The notes under the pieces: generated by a model | Database searches by the model: none | Seen by the model: only the letters and a program-made list of their open reading frames with translations | Told to the model about the DNA's origin: nothing | Shown here: piece after piece, positions 12,376-25,700 of the stretch | Layout: the number at the start of each line of letters is the position of its first letter | Numbering within the stretch: position 1 is the first letter of the stretch | Translations under genes and position numbers: made by a program | Source of the DNA: Leucoraja ocellata | Lineage: Eukaryota | Assembly (NCBI GenBank): GCA_036785375.1 | Contig: JAWMAR010000003.1 | Span: 6,758,001-6,822,000 of the forward strand | Length of the DNA stretch: 64,000 nt | Reading direction: 5' to 3'

Positions 12376-12588
12376 AGGGACAATTTACAATGTTTACCGA
12401 AGCCAATTATTAGCCGCCAAACCTGTACATTTTTGGAATGTCGGAGGAAACCGGAGCACCTGGAAGAAACTCACGCAGGTCACGGGGACAATGTACAAAC
12501 TCCATAGAGACAGTACCTGTAGTCAGGATCAAACCCGGGTCTCTGGTGCTGTCAGGCAGTAGCTCAACTACTGCGCCACCGGGCCGCC
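12376..12588 (-). mobile_element. tRNA-derived V-SINE (HE1-like)
   Basis: 5' GGCGGCCCGGTGGCGCAGTAG (A box) ... GGTTTGATCC (B box) and the V-domain GGTGCTCCGGTTTCCTCC. Related copies at about 28160-28500, 29950-30231 and 33550-33675. Confidence 0.8.
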
Positions 12589-13675
12589 ATTGTAATGTGT
12601 ACTGTAGTAATGCAAGGATTAAAATAGGTTTTTCAACAAAATGGAGTTGTCTGCCAACTGTCTTAATGGCTTCGCAAAACAATTAAGTATTCCTAATAGG
12701 AAAATAATTGGCCTCACTTGGAAGAAAGAGAAAATCATGACACCTCAGATCATGATTTCTGGTCTTATGATCATACAGTCTCAAGGACATAAGTCAAGAC
12801 AGACCTTTCTTCTCAGAAACACCTGAGATTATCTCAATAGTGATAGAATAGACCCTTGTAGCAATCACAAAGGCGGATACCTAATTTTAAAGAGATAGTT
12901 GACTGTCATTTGTGGAATAAGATGCAAGGGCTTATTGAGTATGTAAGCTGCAAATGGTCTCCGCAGACTTTCCTTGGACCAGGATCTGTACCAGGACCCA
13001 CAGGTTCTCCACTACAGCCATCGCAAGTAGGAGTCCCTGATGGGTAGAAGGCCGTGAAACTTGTTGTGACCAGCCAGTGCTCGTTTGGAACACGTGACGA
13101 GCAGAAAGTGGTGAGATTTGATGATCTAATCATTGTTTTTCCTGTATTTTACTATAATAAAAATGCACAAGGATTCAAGGCTGTAAAAAGTCTTATGCAC
13201 ACTTTCACACACAGAATCACATCAAAGTATCACTTTATGTCTGGAAAAACAAAAAGACTTTTTAAAATTATACATCCTAGTTTACCCATAAAAGGTAGGG
13301 GCATTAGGGGAACGTTCCCTTAAGGTAATTGGATCATAAATTAAAAAATAAAGTATCCTGTTCTTGAAATGTTTTATTTTGATAGTATTATCATCTGAGA
13401 ATTATTATTTTTTCTCCAAAACTCATTTTAGATTTATTGTACTTGATTATTTAGCAATAACTTTCTTAAAAGTACAATGGTTATTGGATTTCAAATTCTA
13501 TAACCGTAACCTGAAATTGTCACTAATAAATTGCTTAACTGTTTTTACAGCTGCTAACAGGTGACCTGGCTGAGAAGTGCAACTTGAATCCAGCAAGATC
13601 AGAATGTTACATACGTTTGATGTTGTACTCGTTCTCTGCTTTGGCTCCCATATAACAAACAGAGCAACAAGCTTG

Positions 13676-14844
13676 TGTAAGATGGAACTGCAGACGCTGG
13701 TTTAAACCAAAGATAGACACAAACATCTGGAGTAACTCAGCGAGACAGGCAGCATCTCTGGAGAGAAGGAATGGTTGACATTTCGGGACGGACCCTTCTT
13801 TAGACTGGTTAGGGATGAGGGAAATAGGGATAAGAGATATCGACTGTGGTGTGGAGATATAAGAACAATGAATGAAAGACATGCAAAAAAAATAACGATG
13901 ATAATGGAAACAGGCCATTGTTAGCTGTTTGCAGGGTGAAAACGAGAAGCTAGAGTGACAAGGGTGGGGGAGAAGCGGCGTAGATGGAGGAATTGGGAGA
14001 AGGGGATAGAGTCTTTCCCCTACACCCAATTCCTCCGTCTATGCCGCATCTACGTGTATGTTCCAGACTAGAACATCCAAGATGTCCTCATTTTTTAGGG
14101 AATGGGGGTTCCCCTCTCCCATCATAGATGAGGCCCTCACTCGTGTCTCCTCAGTACCCCACAGCTCCGCCCTTGCTCCCCCTCCCCCTAGTCGCAACAG
14201 AGACAGAGTCCCCATAATCCTTACCTTCTACCCCATCAGCCGTCTCATACAACACATAATCCTCCAACATTTCCGCCACCTCCAACAGGATCCCAGCACT
14301 AGGCCACATTTTCCCATCTCCACCCCGTTCCGCTGTCCGCAGAGACCATTCCCTCCACAATTCCCTGGTTAACTTATCCTTTCCCACCCATACCACCCCT
14401 TCCCCTGCAACTGCAGTAGATGCAACACCTGTCGCTATACCTCCTCCCTCGACTCTATCCAGGGACCCCGACAGTCCTTTCAGGTTAGGCAGAGGTTCAC
14501 TTGCACCTCCTCCAACCTCATCTACTGTATCCGTTGTTCAAGATGTGGACTGTTATACATCGGCGAGACCAAACGCAGACTGGGCAATTGTTTTGCAGAA
14601 CAACTTCGATCAGCCCGCGTGAACCAGCCAGATCTCCCGGTTGCTGGACACTATAATTCTCCTTCCCATTCCTACACAGACCTTTCTGTCCTCCGTCTCC
14701 TCCATTGTCAGAGTGAGGCTAAACGCAAATTGGAGCAACAGCATCTCATATTTCGCTTGGCAGCTTATAGCCCAGTGTTATGAATATTGATTTCTCTCAC
14801 CAGGTAACCATGGCATATTTTCTCTCTCTCTCTTTTTCTCTCTC

Positions 14845-14876
<32 letters not shown>

Positions 14877-15146
14877 GCTCTCTCTCCTCCCCACCCAAGT
14901 CGCACGAGCTTCTCATTTTCACCCTACAAACAGCTAACAATGGCCTGTTTCCTTTATAATCATGACTTTTTTGCATATCTTTCATTAATTGATCTTTATC
15001 TCTCTACATCACCGTCGATATCTCTCGTTTCTCTTATCCCTAACCAGTCTGAAGAAGGGTCTCGACTCGAAACGTCACCCATTCCTTCTCTCCAGAGATG
15101 CTGCTTGTCCCGCTGAGTTTTTCCAGCTTTTTGTGTCTATCTTGGA
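13676..15146 (+). mobile_element. Penelope-like element with inverted pseudo-LTR and 11-bp TSD
   Basis: TSD caacaagcttg at 13665-13675 and 15147-15157. Degenerate GIY-YIG region 14020-14800; pLTR on plus at about 14890-15146 and an inverted copy at about 13676-13975. Confidence 0.88.
15049..15076 (+). ncRNA. Minimal type I hammerhead motif in Penelope pseudo-LTR
   Basis: CTGAAGA-A-GGGTCTCGACTC-GAAA-CGTC: core boxes, stem II, palindromic ACGU stem III, GUC cleavage triplet. Stem I is weak. Confidence 0.65.
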
Positions 15147-15849
15147 CAACAAGCTTGATGGCCTCTATTATTATCACCTTCTCATAAAGCTTTTCGGCTT
15201 GACAAGTGGAAAAGTGCTTCACCATTTTGTCTAACTCTACACTTTATTTTATGACAGGTGATAAGATTGATATTATTTATAATGTGCCATGCATATTATA
15301 CTAGATTTATGCACTGAATATTCTAAATTTTCCATATTCAAATAAACTATTTAATAAACTTTAATAATGCATTTTTCACAATATAACTTTGAGATCAGGA
15401 ACCACCGAGCCCAGAATATGTAAAGCTCATCATCTATCAAACTGAGCAATGACTCGCGTCCAGTACCAAATATGGTCTGGAGATCTAGCATGAGCTCAAA
15501 ATGTAATTTCTATTTCTTTCAGCAGTGAAATATACTTCAGAAGAATTCACTATCTGCAAAGTGTTTTTGGACATCCTGACATGCAAGGATCTTTAATCAT
15601 CTAAGTTTCCCCTCCAATGATATGCAACGGACTTTGGGGTCATCTTTAGATGTTACGTGGAAATTATAAAATGCAAATACGACACAAAGCACGTTATGTA
15701 CGACAAACACTCACAGTATGTCATAACATGTTGTATGAGATCTAATTTTCTTAATTCCTGAGATTATGTTAAAAGTGCTGTCACAGCAATCTATTGCAAA
15801 CAAGTTAATCAATACATCAGAACTACAAAAACAAAGTGGTAACCGTGTG

Positions 15850-17950
15850 ATATTGTGAATAGAGATGATGCAAACTTCAAGGAGTTAAAAAAACTGCTTG
15901 GTGGAAGGAGTGAGGAGGTGATAGTGGAGGATTGTTTCTCAGATAGGACATCTATACCCAATGGTGTGCCGTAGGGCTCATTGCAGGACCCTCTGCTATT
16001 TGTCATTTGTCATTAATATTAACGATCTGGTTGACAACTTATGTGCTATGATTAATTATGTTTGTGGATATTGTGGAAGGGGGCGCTGTCCTGTGCACGG
16101 CTGCCCAGCCAGCAGCTGTCTGTCTCTTCATCGTTTATTTTAATTTTAAGTTAGTTAAAGTGTTTTGTTGGAGGTCTAGACTTTTTTTATGGGGGGGGGG
16201 GGGGGGGGGGGGGGGGAAACTACCTTTCAGGGTCCCTACCTGGTCGGAGAGGCGGCTTTTCTCCGGGCTGCAGCTTCGACCCGTCCTCGCGGCCTACCAG
16301 CGGGCCTGGAGCGGCGTTTCCTGTTAGGGACCGCCCAGAACCACGGCTTTCGGTGGCGGCACAGCGCTGGAGCGCTATCACGGAGCAGGCGATGCCTTGC
16401 CTGGGTAGCTGCGCTGGAGCTCCGGTGAGTTGAGACCTCCGGGAACAACATCGCGGAGCTGCGGATCTGAGGAGCGGCCAGCTGCGGGCGGGTGGCACTG
16501 ACTTTACACCGGGAGCCTGGGATCTCGCGACGAGATCGCCAGTTGTGCAGCTCCAACCGGCGCGGCCTTGTCGGCTTCGGAAGCCGCGTCCTCCAGTGCG
16601 GAAGCGGCTGTTCCAGGGTTCCCAAGCCGCTGGGAGGACTCTCCCGACGCCGGAGCAACATCACCCGGCGAGAACAGCCAGGAACATCGGGCCTCCGTAG
16701 AGGCAACTGTGGAGGCCTCAATAGGCCCGACTATGGGTGAACTGGGGTTGGGGACTGGACTTTGTGCCTTCCCTCATGGTGGGAGCCATTGTGGGGGGAT
16801 GTTCTTTGTGTTTAAGACTCTCATTGGTGTTATGTCTGTATTCTTTTTTTGTGTGCTGCAAAATGGCAAAAAGCATTTCACCACTACACCTAGGTGTATG
16901 TGAATGTGACTAATAAAATACCTTTGATACCTTTGATACCTTTGGATAACACCAAAATTGGTGATGTGGAGGAAAGTGAAGAAGGTTGTCCAGGTGCAAT
17001 GGGATACTGATCAAATGGGAAAGTAAACAAAGGAATGACTGATGGAATTTAACTTAGACAAGTGTGAAGTAGTGCATATAGTTCAGTTAAACCAGGGCAA
17101 ATTTTACACAGTGCATTACAGAGCCATGGGGAGCGTTGTGGAAGAGGGAGACCTAGAGTACAAATATATAGTTCCCTGAAAGTGGTGACACAGGTAGACA
17201 AGGTGGTGAAAAGGGCTTATGGCTTGCATGCAGTCATTGGATCAGACATTGAGTACAAGAGCCAGCACATCATGTCCCAGCAGTTTAAAGTAGTGAGTAC
17301 ATTTGGAGGCTTTTATTTAGTTTTGGTCACAATACTACAGGAAGAAAGCAAGAGAGGATGTGTAAAAGATTCTCAAGGATATTGCCAGGAGTGAAGGGTG
17401 TTAGTTACAAGGTGAGACGGGATAGACTGGAACTGATTTCCCTAGTACCGAATTAGGGCGAAGGCTAATCTTATAGAAGTTTATAAGGTCATATGTGGCA
17501 TCGATAAGATGAATGGTTCCAGCCTTTCGCCCCCAAAGTAATTGAGTCTAAAACTAGAGGATGTGGGATCAAGGTGAGAGAGGAACGATTTAAAGCAGAT
17601 CTGAGGGGCATGTTTTTCATACAGAGGCTGGTGGATATATAGTGCAAGCTGCCAGAGGAAGTGGTAGACACAGGTACAATTACAATACATGCGTGTAGAA
17701 CCAGGAGTCACAGTCTCAAAATAAGGGATAGGTCACTTAGAAATTAAATAAATTGATCCTCTCAGGTTGGTGAATCTGTGGAATTCTCTGCCCCAGAGGC
17801 TCATATATTGCTTGTACTCAGATCAGATAGATATGCCCTGGATACAATAGAAAGCGGGGGATTTGTGGATCATGGTAAATGGGCCTTAACGCGTATGATC
17901 TTGCTGGAGGAGCAGGCATAAAGGCCCAAAGGCCTACTGTAGTTCCTATT
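15850..17950 (+). mobile_element. Old degenerate CR1 LINE, interrupted at 16071-16942
   Basis: Remnants of the GVPQGS/INDL/FADDTKIG and QVDKVVKRAYG motifs. Confidence 0.7.
16071..16942 (+). mobile_element. GC/CpG-rich non-coding retroposon
   Basis: TSD tggata (16065-16070 and 16943-16948); AATAAA plus (ACCTTTGAT)n tail; related copy on minus at about 51150-51780. Confidence 0.7.
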
Positions 17951-18363
17951 TTTTAATTTCCCATGTAAATCATGGGCCATAAAATTCAAATGTAGACGAT
18001 GATGTTTAAAATTTTAATTTGTTGGTTTACAAATACAAGGTGAAAAATTACTTTACCATGTTTTGAATCTTTGTAGTATACAATAATGGCAAAATGGGTC
18101 TACTTGGTCTATTCCATTGTCTCAAGTGCTTTGCACATGTATTATGCAAATATTATCCATTTACTTATATCATACAGTTGCCGCCTTTTAATTCTATTTT
18201 AATTCAAACAGGCCAGAGAAGATGGGAGGGACTAGGAACTTATTTCCTTCTCTTGTTAAAATGCTACAATTACTGTATTTGCTCAATAATAATAAAATAA
18301 AACCTATAAATTGGTTTAATTAATGGTTGATCTGAGAGCTGCATTCGATTACAGACCTGATCC

Positions 18364-19402
18364 TAGCAATGTTACAACATTTTGAGATTTTAAAAATCAA
18401 GTCTGCAATTTATCCCATCAGATAAAGCATAAAACGAAGTTTAATTTGACACCTAATTCACTTTCATATCTCAAGCATTTAAAAAGTTATGGCCATTTTC
18501 ATACTCAGAAATTAGCATCTTGTTCCCTATTGATTTTCTATGGACATAACAAAAAAGCTGTGATCGTGGACAGTCAAAAGCCCATAACTTTCTTAAAAAT
18601 TAAGAGAACTGAATGAAATTTTCAGTTATCATAGTGAAGCATTCTGAAACAAATATAAATCAATCTTACTTGGATGACCTGAAATTAAAGCATATAATTA
18701 GTTAGTTACCCAATTGGAGCTAATTTCAAACTTCAATTACTAGATCGAAACATCTATCTATTTCTCAATAAATGATTAACATTTTTAAATAGCCTAAGTG
18801 TCCAAATAATATTCAACAATAATTCACAATAAAACATGACCTTTTAAATCTCATTTACATTAATTTATAGGCCAAATGGAAGGAATTTAGTGTTCAATTG
18901 CTGTAAATTAAAGTCAATTTAAATCAGCTTTCTAGTGGGTTCCTGTGAACGTGCTGGTTTAGAACGTTCACATTGCACTAGATTTGTGCCCTCAAATGCC
19001 CAGAAAAATACTGTGGGATATAATGGGCCCAAAATGAGCTACTCGCAACATTAAACTTTGTATAAAGGGATCTTAAGAGGCCCTATTTAATGTAAAAATA
19101 AACAGCCTACCTTTTGTTGTCTGCTGTATGAGACCCTGCCGGTTGCCGGTGGTCGCGGGTTTAGAGGTTAATTTTTAAACTACTACAACAATTATATAAA
19201 GCCTTTAAAACTAATAATAGCTAAAGCGACGGAATATTCCAGCGATTTTCCGTTAATAATTAACTAGGCTGAACATCCTCGATTGGAACAGCCTAGGGAA
19301 AATCGCGTTTTAAACCCGCCCCCTCTAAACGGCGCCAAAATCGCGCACACCCGCAGCGACAGATTTTCAGCGACGCTTCAGGTAGGCTTCGCAACATACC
19401 TA
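18364..19402. mobile_element. Non-autonomous DNA transposon (hAT-like)
   Basis: Imperfect TIRs TAGCAATGTTAC and TAGGTATGTTGC (reverse complement); flanking direct repeat ctgatcc(t) at 18357-18363 and 19403-19410. Confidence 0.65.
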
Positions 19403-19981
19403 CTGATCCTGCCTCAAATCTATGGCAGCTAACACAGTAGTAAGCGTTTCCTTCAAAAGTAAGAACATTCGGATACTTGGCCACTATGGGCCACTTATAT
19501 GTAAACCATTGAGATTTGTAAGCCACATATAAATTAAAAATTCCCACTTCAATGGTTAATCAACTGAAACAAAACTTATTTCAGATTTGTATAATTCTAA
19601 TGGGACAAAGCCAAGTGTCACTAGAAACTGAATTGCTTTGGCCTTGTGGCTATCTCATCTTTGGCAAGTTTTCCAGCTGAGAGCTTCTCTGTCCAAAACT
19701 GTATTAAGTAATGTTCGGGAATCTAAGCTTATTGAAACTCATGTCATACATGAGTGGACTTGAATTTTGTGCTGTAAAACTGGACACGTTGAAGCAGCAT
19801 CTGCTGCTGACATCAGACAGCAAAAAATAGCTCAGATGGTCAATAAATAACTTATTTACTTGTATCCACTTCTAACAAGGCGATTGTCTGTCTGGTACCA
19901 TCATGACAGCTGGCATGCTTCACCTGTGAGTTCATGTTTTACATGGAGATAATTCAATATATTTTCCAGGCAAGATGTGAA

Positions 19982-21553
19982 GCGCTTGTCCCACTGGCGG
20001 GATTTTTCAGCGACTGGGAGAAGGGGGGGTGAAGAGAAGGGGGGGTGGAAGAGAAGGGGGGGGGAGGGGGAGAGAAGGTTGGGGAGAGAAGGGGGGGAGA
20101 GAAGAAGGGCGGTTGAGAGAGAAGGGGGGTGGAGGGAGAAGGGGGGTGGAGGGAGATGGGGGGAGAGAAGAAGGGGGGTGGAGAGAGAAATGGGGTGGAG
20201 GGAGAAGGGGGGTGGAGGGAGAAGGGGGGGTGGAGAGAGAAGGGGTGAAGGAGTTGAGACACATTTAAGAAGCCAGACAACTTTTAATAAAGTTTAGCGG
20301 GCATTTAACATTACTGGTCGGTTTTCCTAGGTCCTGAAAATTCCAATGAGCCCATTAAAATGCTCGGTCAGCAAAGGAGATTGCCTACGGCTACAGCATG
20401 CTGAAAATTGATCATCCCCAATCAGTACCCCGTTCCTGCCTTCTCCCCATATCCCCTGATTCCGCTATTTTTAAGAGCCCTATCTAGTTCTCTCTTGAAA
20501 GCATCCAGAGAACCTGCCTCCACCGCCCTCTGAGGCAGAGAATTCCGCAGACCCACCACTCTCTGTGAGAAAAAGTGTTTCCTCGTCTCCGTTCTAAATG
20601 GCTTACTCCTTATTCTTAAACTGTGGCCCCTGGTTCTGGATTCCCCCAACATCGGGAACATGTTTCCGGCCTCTAGCGTGTCCAAACCCTTAACAATCTT
20701 ATATGTTTCAATGAGATACCCTCTCATCCTTCAAAACTCCAGAATGTACAAGCCCAGCTGCTCCATTCTCTCAGCATATGACAGTCCAGCCATCCCATGA
20801 ATTAACCTTGTAAACCTATGATTCCTGGGATGTCAGGACAGTCTTATGAAGAAAGACTGGATAGACTTGGTTTATACTCTCTAGAATTTAGGAGATTGAG
20901 AAGGGATCTTATAGAAACTTACAAAATTCTTAAGGGGTTGGACAGGCTAGATGCAGGAAGATTGTTCCCCATGTTAGGGAAGTCCAGGACAAGGGGTCAC
21001 AGCTTAAGGATAAGGGGGAAATCCTTTAAAATCGAGATGAGAAGAACTTTTTTCACACAGAGAGTGGTGAATCTCTGGAACTCTCTGCCACAGAGGGTAG
21101 TTGAGGCCAGTTCATTGGCTATATTTAAGAGGGAGTTAGATGTGGCCCTTGTGGCTAAGGGGATCAGGGGGTATGGAGAGAAGGCAGGTACGGGATACTG
21201 AGTTGGATGATCAGCCATGATCATATTGAATGGCGGTGCAGGCTCGAAGGGCCGAAAGGCCTACTCCTGCACCTAATTTCTATGTTTCTGTGTTTCTATG
21301 CTGCACTCCCTCAATAGCAAGAATTTCCTTCCTCAAATTAGGGGACCAAAACTGCACACAATACTCCAGGTGTGGTCTCACTAGGGCTCTGTACAACTGC
21401 AGACGGACCTCTTTGCTCCTATATTCGATTCCTCTTGTTATAAAGGCCAACATGCTATTCGCTTTCTTCACTGCCTGCTGTACCTGCATGCTTATTTTGT
21501 TGAGAGCAAATTCTTCTAAACTCGCAAATTAGGTCGCTGCAGCGGGACAGGCC
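19982..21553. mobile_element. PIF/Harbinger-like MITE shell with purine-rich repeats and nested CR1s
   Basis: Left end gcgcttgtcccactg and right end cagcgggacaggcc are imperfect inverted repeats. Confidence 0.5.
20410..21491. mobile_element. CR1 (minus) interrupted by a second CR1 (plus, 20821-21295)
   Basis: ORFs 20422-20727(-), 21280-21489(-) and 20818-21201(+) are CR1 C-termini; ctatg occurs at both junctions. Confidence 0.88.
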
Positions 21554-22218
21554 TTTAACTATTCAGTGGGATCATTAAATTACATGACCGTGCTTGCTTT
21601 CAACTGGAATCAAGATATTGTTTTCTATTTTGTTTTGCTTGCTTTGCAGTAAATGTTTCTCCCAAGCTCTGATTTGAAGGGAGCATTCCAGTAACCATCT
21701 GAATTTGTGTTTCAGAGATTTGTCACATCAGAGCTAGGTCAGTCCTCACAAACTGAGATCAAATTTTATATCAACTATTTCGTTTCGTTGTTAGCCAGTG
21801 GATTGGAGACATTACCTACAGCAAGATCTTCCTTTATTTGTGTAAAATATGTATAGGGTTTTACTCTAACTCTACATTACTGACAACATAATGACTCACT
21901 AAAAAATATTTGGACATACATAGAAACTGTAAGAAAGATTTAGAGGGGAAAAAGACACAAAGTGCTGGAGTAACTCACTAGGTCAGGCAGCATCTCTGGT
22001 GAAGGCTCCGACCTGAAACATCCCCTGCTCCATTTCTCCAAAGATGCTTTCCTCCTCCAATGGGACCTTTCCCCCTCCAGAGGTACTGCCTGGCCCACTA
22101 GTTACCACTGATTTACTCCTACACTTTGTGTGGGAGTAAATCAAGTATACTTTACTATTTTTGTAAACCAACATCTGCAGATCCTAGTCTGAAGAAGGGT
22201 CTGAAGCAGATCTTCAGT

Positions 22219-22246
22219 CTGAAGAAGGGTTTCGGCCCGAAACGTT
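22219..22246 (+). ncRNA. Minimal hammerhead motif in Penelope-derived repeat
   Basis: CTGAAGA-A-GGGTTTCGGCCC-GAAA-CGTT, preceded by a truncated copy starting at 22189. Confidence 0.6.
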
Positions 22247-22799
22247 GCCTATTTCCTTCGCTCCATAGATGCTGCTGCACCCGCTGAGTTTCTCCAGCAT
22301 TTTTGTGTACCTTCAATTTTGCAGCATCTGCAGTTCCTTCTTAAACAATCTGAAGATCCTAGTTTCTCTAAGGTTTAGAGGGATGTGGGCCCAATGCAGG
22401 CAGGTGAGACTAGCGAAGATGAGTCCATCTTGGTCGGCATGGACAAGTTGGGCAGAAGGACCAGTTTCGGAGATGTATGATTCTACAACACTAAAAGGCA
22501 TGGAAAATGGCTCAATAATGTATTCCGTCATTTCAAATACTCTGCGCAATATACACATGTATTAAACAAATATCACCCTTTACATTACTGTTGGACCCTT
22601 TTCGAAAACAGTGATTCAGAAACTACATTATTTACAAATGTAATTTATTTACAAGTTTTCGCTCTGATCTTCTTAAAAAAGTTCTAAGGTTGGCAGTTAA
22701 CTATTGCTTGACAGGAAAGATGCTAACCTGACTCAATTCAGCAAAATCTTGTGTTGTATACTCCACACTTTCTATTGGATCAAGTTACAGTATACACTC

Positions 22800-24750
22800 A
22801 TGACCACATAACCTTTTGACATTTTCTTCTACCACTCTTAAATCAATTATTATGAGTAGGTCTATGCTTCTGGTTCTACTTCCACAGGATACGTCCTCTC
22901 TCTTACAAATGCTTCAACTACTTCTGACTATCAGTTTGATTGTTTGATGTTAGCACACAAATTCCACTTTGTTTCAAATGCCTTCTCCTGGCTTGAATCA
23001 TAATTGCTACCCTTGCATCACCCTCAAAGATTTGGCTGGACTAAGGTTGACGATGTAACAGCAGGGCATCAGGAAACACCATTGTATAATTTAGCAAAAG
23101 TTACCTAATTGGTATCCCATTGTTAAAACTGAACACTACAAATACTTCTCAATGTTTTTTTACCACATGGTGGATGATATGGCAAAATAAAAGTGTGTTT
23201 ATTCCCCTTCTGTGCCACAAAGCTTTCAAACGGTGATGAATGAAACAGAGGAGCACCATCCAATTCTGGATAAGCCATCACATGAGAAATGGATCTCAAT
23301 TCTGTGATATCTTTGTTGGCTTTGTTGGCTTAGCTCTGCATCTTGAATGTTTTGTCCTTATCACTTGTTTCCACGTTCTTCTTGATTGCAATCCATTTGC
23401 ATCTACTTTTAGCCCATAATAACCTGCTATTTTCTATTAATATGCACATTTTTTGTTTTATATTATGTCTGTGCAGCTGCTTTAAATCTTAATATTTAAT
23501 GTTTTTAATTGATACCTGTGGTAATTGTACATCTCAAAAGCACAATGTTCGAAAGTCTAGTATTTTATTTATGGTAGCTTGAAAGATCTGCAGAGATATG
23601 AAGTAGTCTTGTGGATGAATAAGACCCAAATGTGTACAAATTGTTGGCTCTCCTTATCGACATTGATGAAAAGATCTGGCTCCTTCTGCTCTGCCTTGTG
23701 TGGTCTTTGCACATCATCCTTTGGTCAACATCATTTTATAACCATCACATAGTTAAGTAGTTAAGTCTGCCTCAGGTTTCATTTTAATTGATATTGCCAA
23801 GTCACACCAGTTCATCATCACTAGAACCCCATTTTCTTTATATTTCTTCAACTCCGCCTCCACTTGTTTCTTCAAACAATGAAACATGTCAAAGATTTTA
23901 GCAAATTGCTTCACCTGGCTTGATAAAAATATGAGTTTGTAACTTCTTACATACATTTGGGTATTTGAGATCTTTACATAATTTTTAATTAAATAATTCT
24001 GGTTTTGAAAGATCCACCATGAACGGCTCTTTCCTGTCTTGCTTTGATTATCTGAGTCAGTCTTGGCCATCAGTGTTGGTTTATTAATGTACCGGACAAC
24101 CAACTTTTTAGATCTATTTACAGATTGATGTGACTCACTAAACCCAAAAAGCTTCAATGCATTGCATGAATATGTTTTTGGATACGGACACTCCCTGTTT
24201 GAACTGTTGCCGTCAGGCAGACGGTACAGATCTACAAGGACAAGGACGAACAGACTAAAAAACAGTTTTTACCCCACTGCTATAAAAGCACTAAATGTAG
24301 CTGCCAAGGAACGCAGGGGCGATACAAACTAAGGGACTGTGGTACACTGTGAAATCGACAGAAGGATGGAGGGTTGGGTGTTTATGCGTGCTATTTTCGT
24401 GATATTTATTTTAGTTGTTTATCTTTTAATATTTTATCTTGTATGTATCGTTAGCTTTTAGAAATGTTTGAATGGTGCACTGACTGGCTGACATTTTTAA
24501 ATTTCGTTGTACATGGTTCACGTTACAATGACAATAAAGAAACTATTCTATTCTATTCTATTTTTAAGTTCATTGTACTCCTCATCGGTGTCACTTGGCT
24601 GAACTGATTTAGTTACATATCCGTCCTCATGACTGATCAATCTGCTGCCATGTTATTGCTCATGTGTACGCTAACCGTTTTGGCCTGACGTTATTTTGCT
24701 TTTAGTCTCTCATATTAGGTTCACAAAGTGTACATATTACACAGACCCAA
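22800..24750 (-). mobile_element. Highly decayed Ty3/Gypsy pol remnant
   Basis: KKQVEAELKKYKENGVL (start of RT), LCDGYK (similar to ICGDYK), ELRSISHVMAYPE and KHTFILPYHP (integrase core remnants). Interrupted by a LINE 3' end at about 24180-24561. Confidence 0.55.
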
Positions 24751-24924
24751 ATCAGAATTGTTCCCATTTCATTACTGCCCAGAGTTCCTTATTAGGGCTT
24801 TTTAATTTGAAAACTTCCCTTCTGTGAAGAAATCACACTAACTACTATGGCTTTAGGCTTGCACAATGAGGATAAGTACCATTTCTGACAAATGAAGAAT
24901 GTTATCACTTTGAAATGACATCCA

Positions 24925-25700
24925 TACCGTGGCTTCTCTCAGCCCCCTTCTTTACTCCTTAGAAACGCACGACTGCGCGGCCAAGTACAAATCCAACTCA
25001 ATTTACAAATTCACGGGCAACACCAACATTGTGGGCCGGATATCAAATAATGACGAGACAGAGGACAGGAAGGAGATTGAGAACCTCATAAGATGTTGTC
25101 AAGACAACAATCTTTCTCTCAATGTCAGCAAGACAAAGAATTAGAATACCATTTATTGTCATACAAACAGACATGGTTCGTACCATGATCAACTTCTAGA
25201 AGTGAAGCGGTATACATATCCCGCTATGGCGCCGATGTAGAGATGGTTGAAAGCTTCAAGATCCTAGGAGTAAATATCACCAGCAACTTGTCCTGGACTA
25301 ACCATATCAAAGCAATGACCAAAAAAACACACCAACGCCACTTCTTCCTTGGAAGGCTTAGGATTTTAGCAGGTCCCCAACAACTCTCACCAACTTCAAT
25401 AGGTGCGCTGTAGAAAGCATTTCATAGCATGGTTTGGGAATAACTCCATCCAAGACCGCACAAAATTACAGAGAACTGTGAACACAGCCCCAACCATCAT
25501 GCAAACTGACCTCAAATTGACTCTATCCACACTTCAAGCTGCCTCAGCAAGGCCACCAGCAAGGATGAGTCTCACCCGTCACTCCCTCTCTCCCATCTCC
25601 CATCAGGCAAAAGGTGCAAAAGTGTGAAAACGCATATCTCCAGATTCAGGCACAGTTTCTTCCCAGCTGTTATCAGGCAACTGAATCATCCTATCACCAA
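24925..25700 (+). mobile_element. Degenerate Rex1-like LINE fragment
   Basis: LSPLLYSL.THDC, NNLSLNVSKTK, SRFRHSFFPAVIR. Confidence 0.8.

Noticed and set aside
12376-12588. tRNA gene
   Set aside because: The A/B boxes belong to a tRNA-derived SINE head; there is no full cloverleaf.
12906-13323. Short ORFs in a moderately GC-rich intronic patch
   Set aside because: No recognisable motif or splice-consistent frame; probably an old repeat.
16058-16903. Many overlapping GC-rich ORFs (also at 51232-51753, 36119-36738 and 32116-32770)
   Set aside because: By-products of high GC content or low complexity inside repeats; no protein motifs.
19954-20297. Pro-rich and Gly/Arg/Glu-rich ORFs
   Set aside because: Translations of a purine-rich simple repeat.
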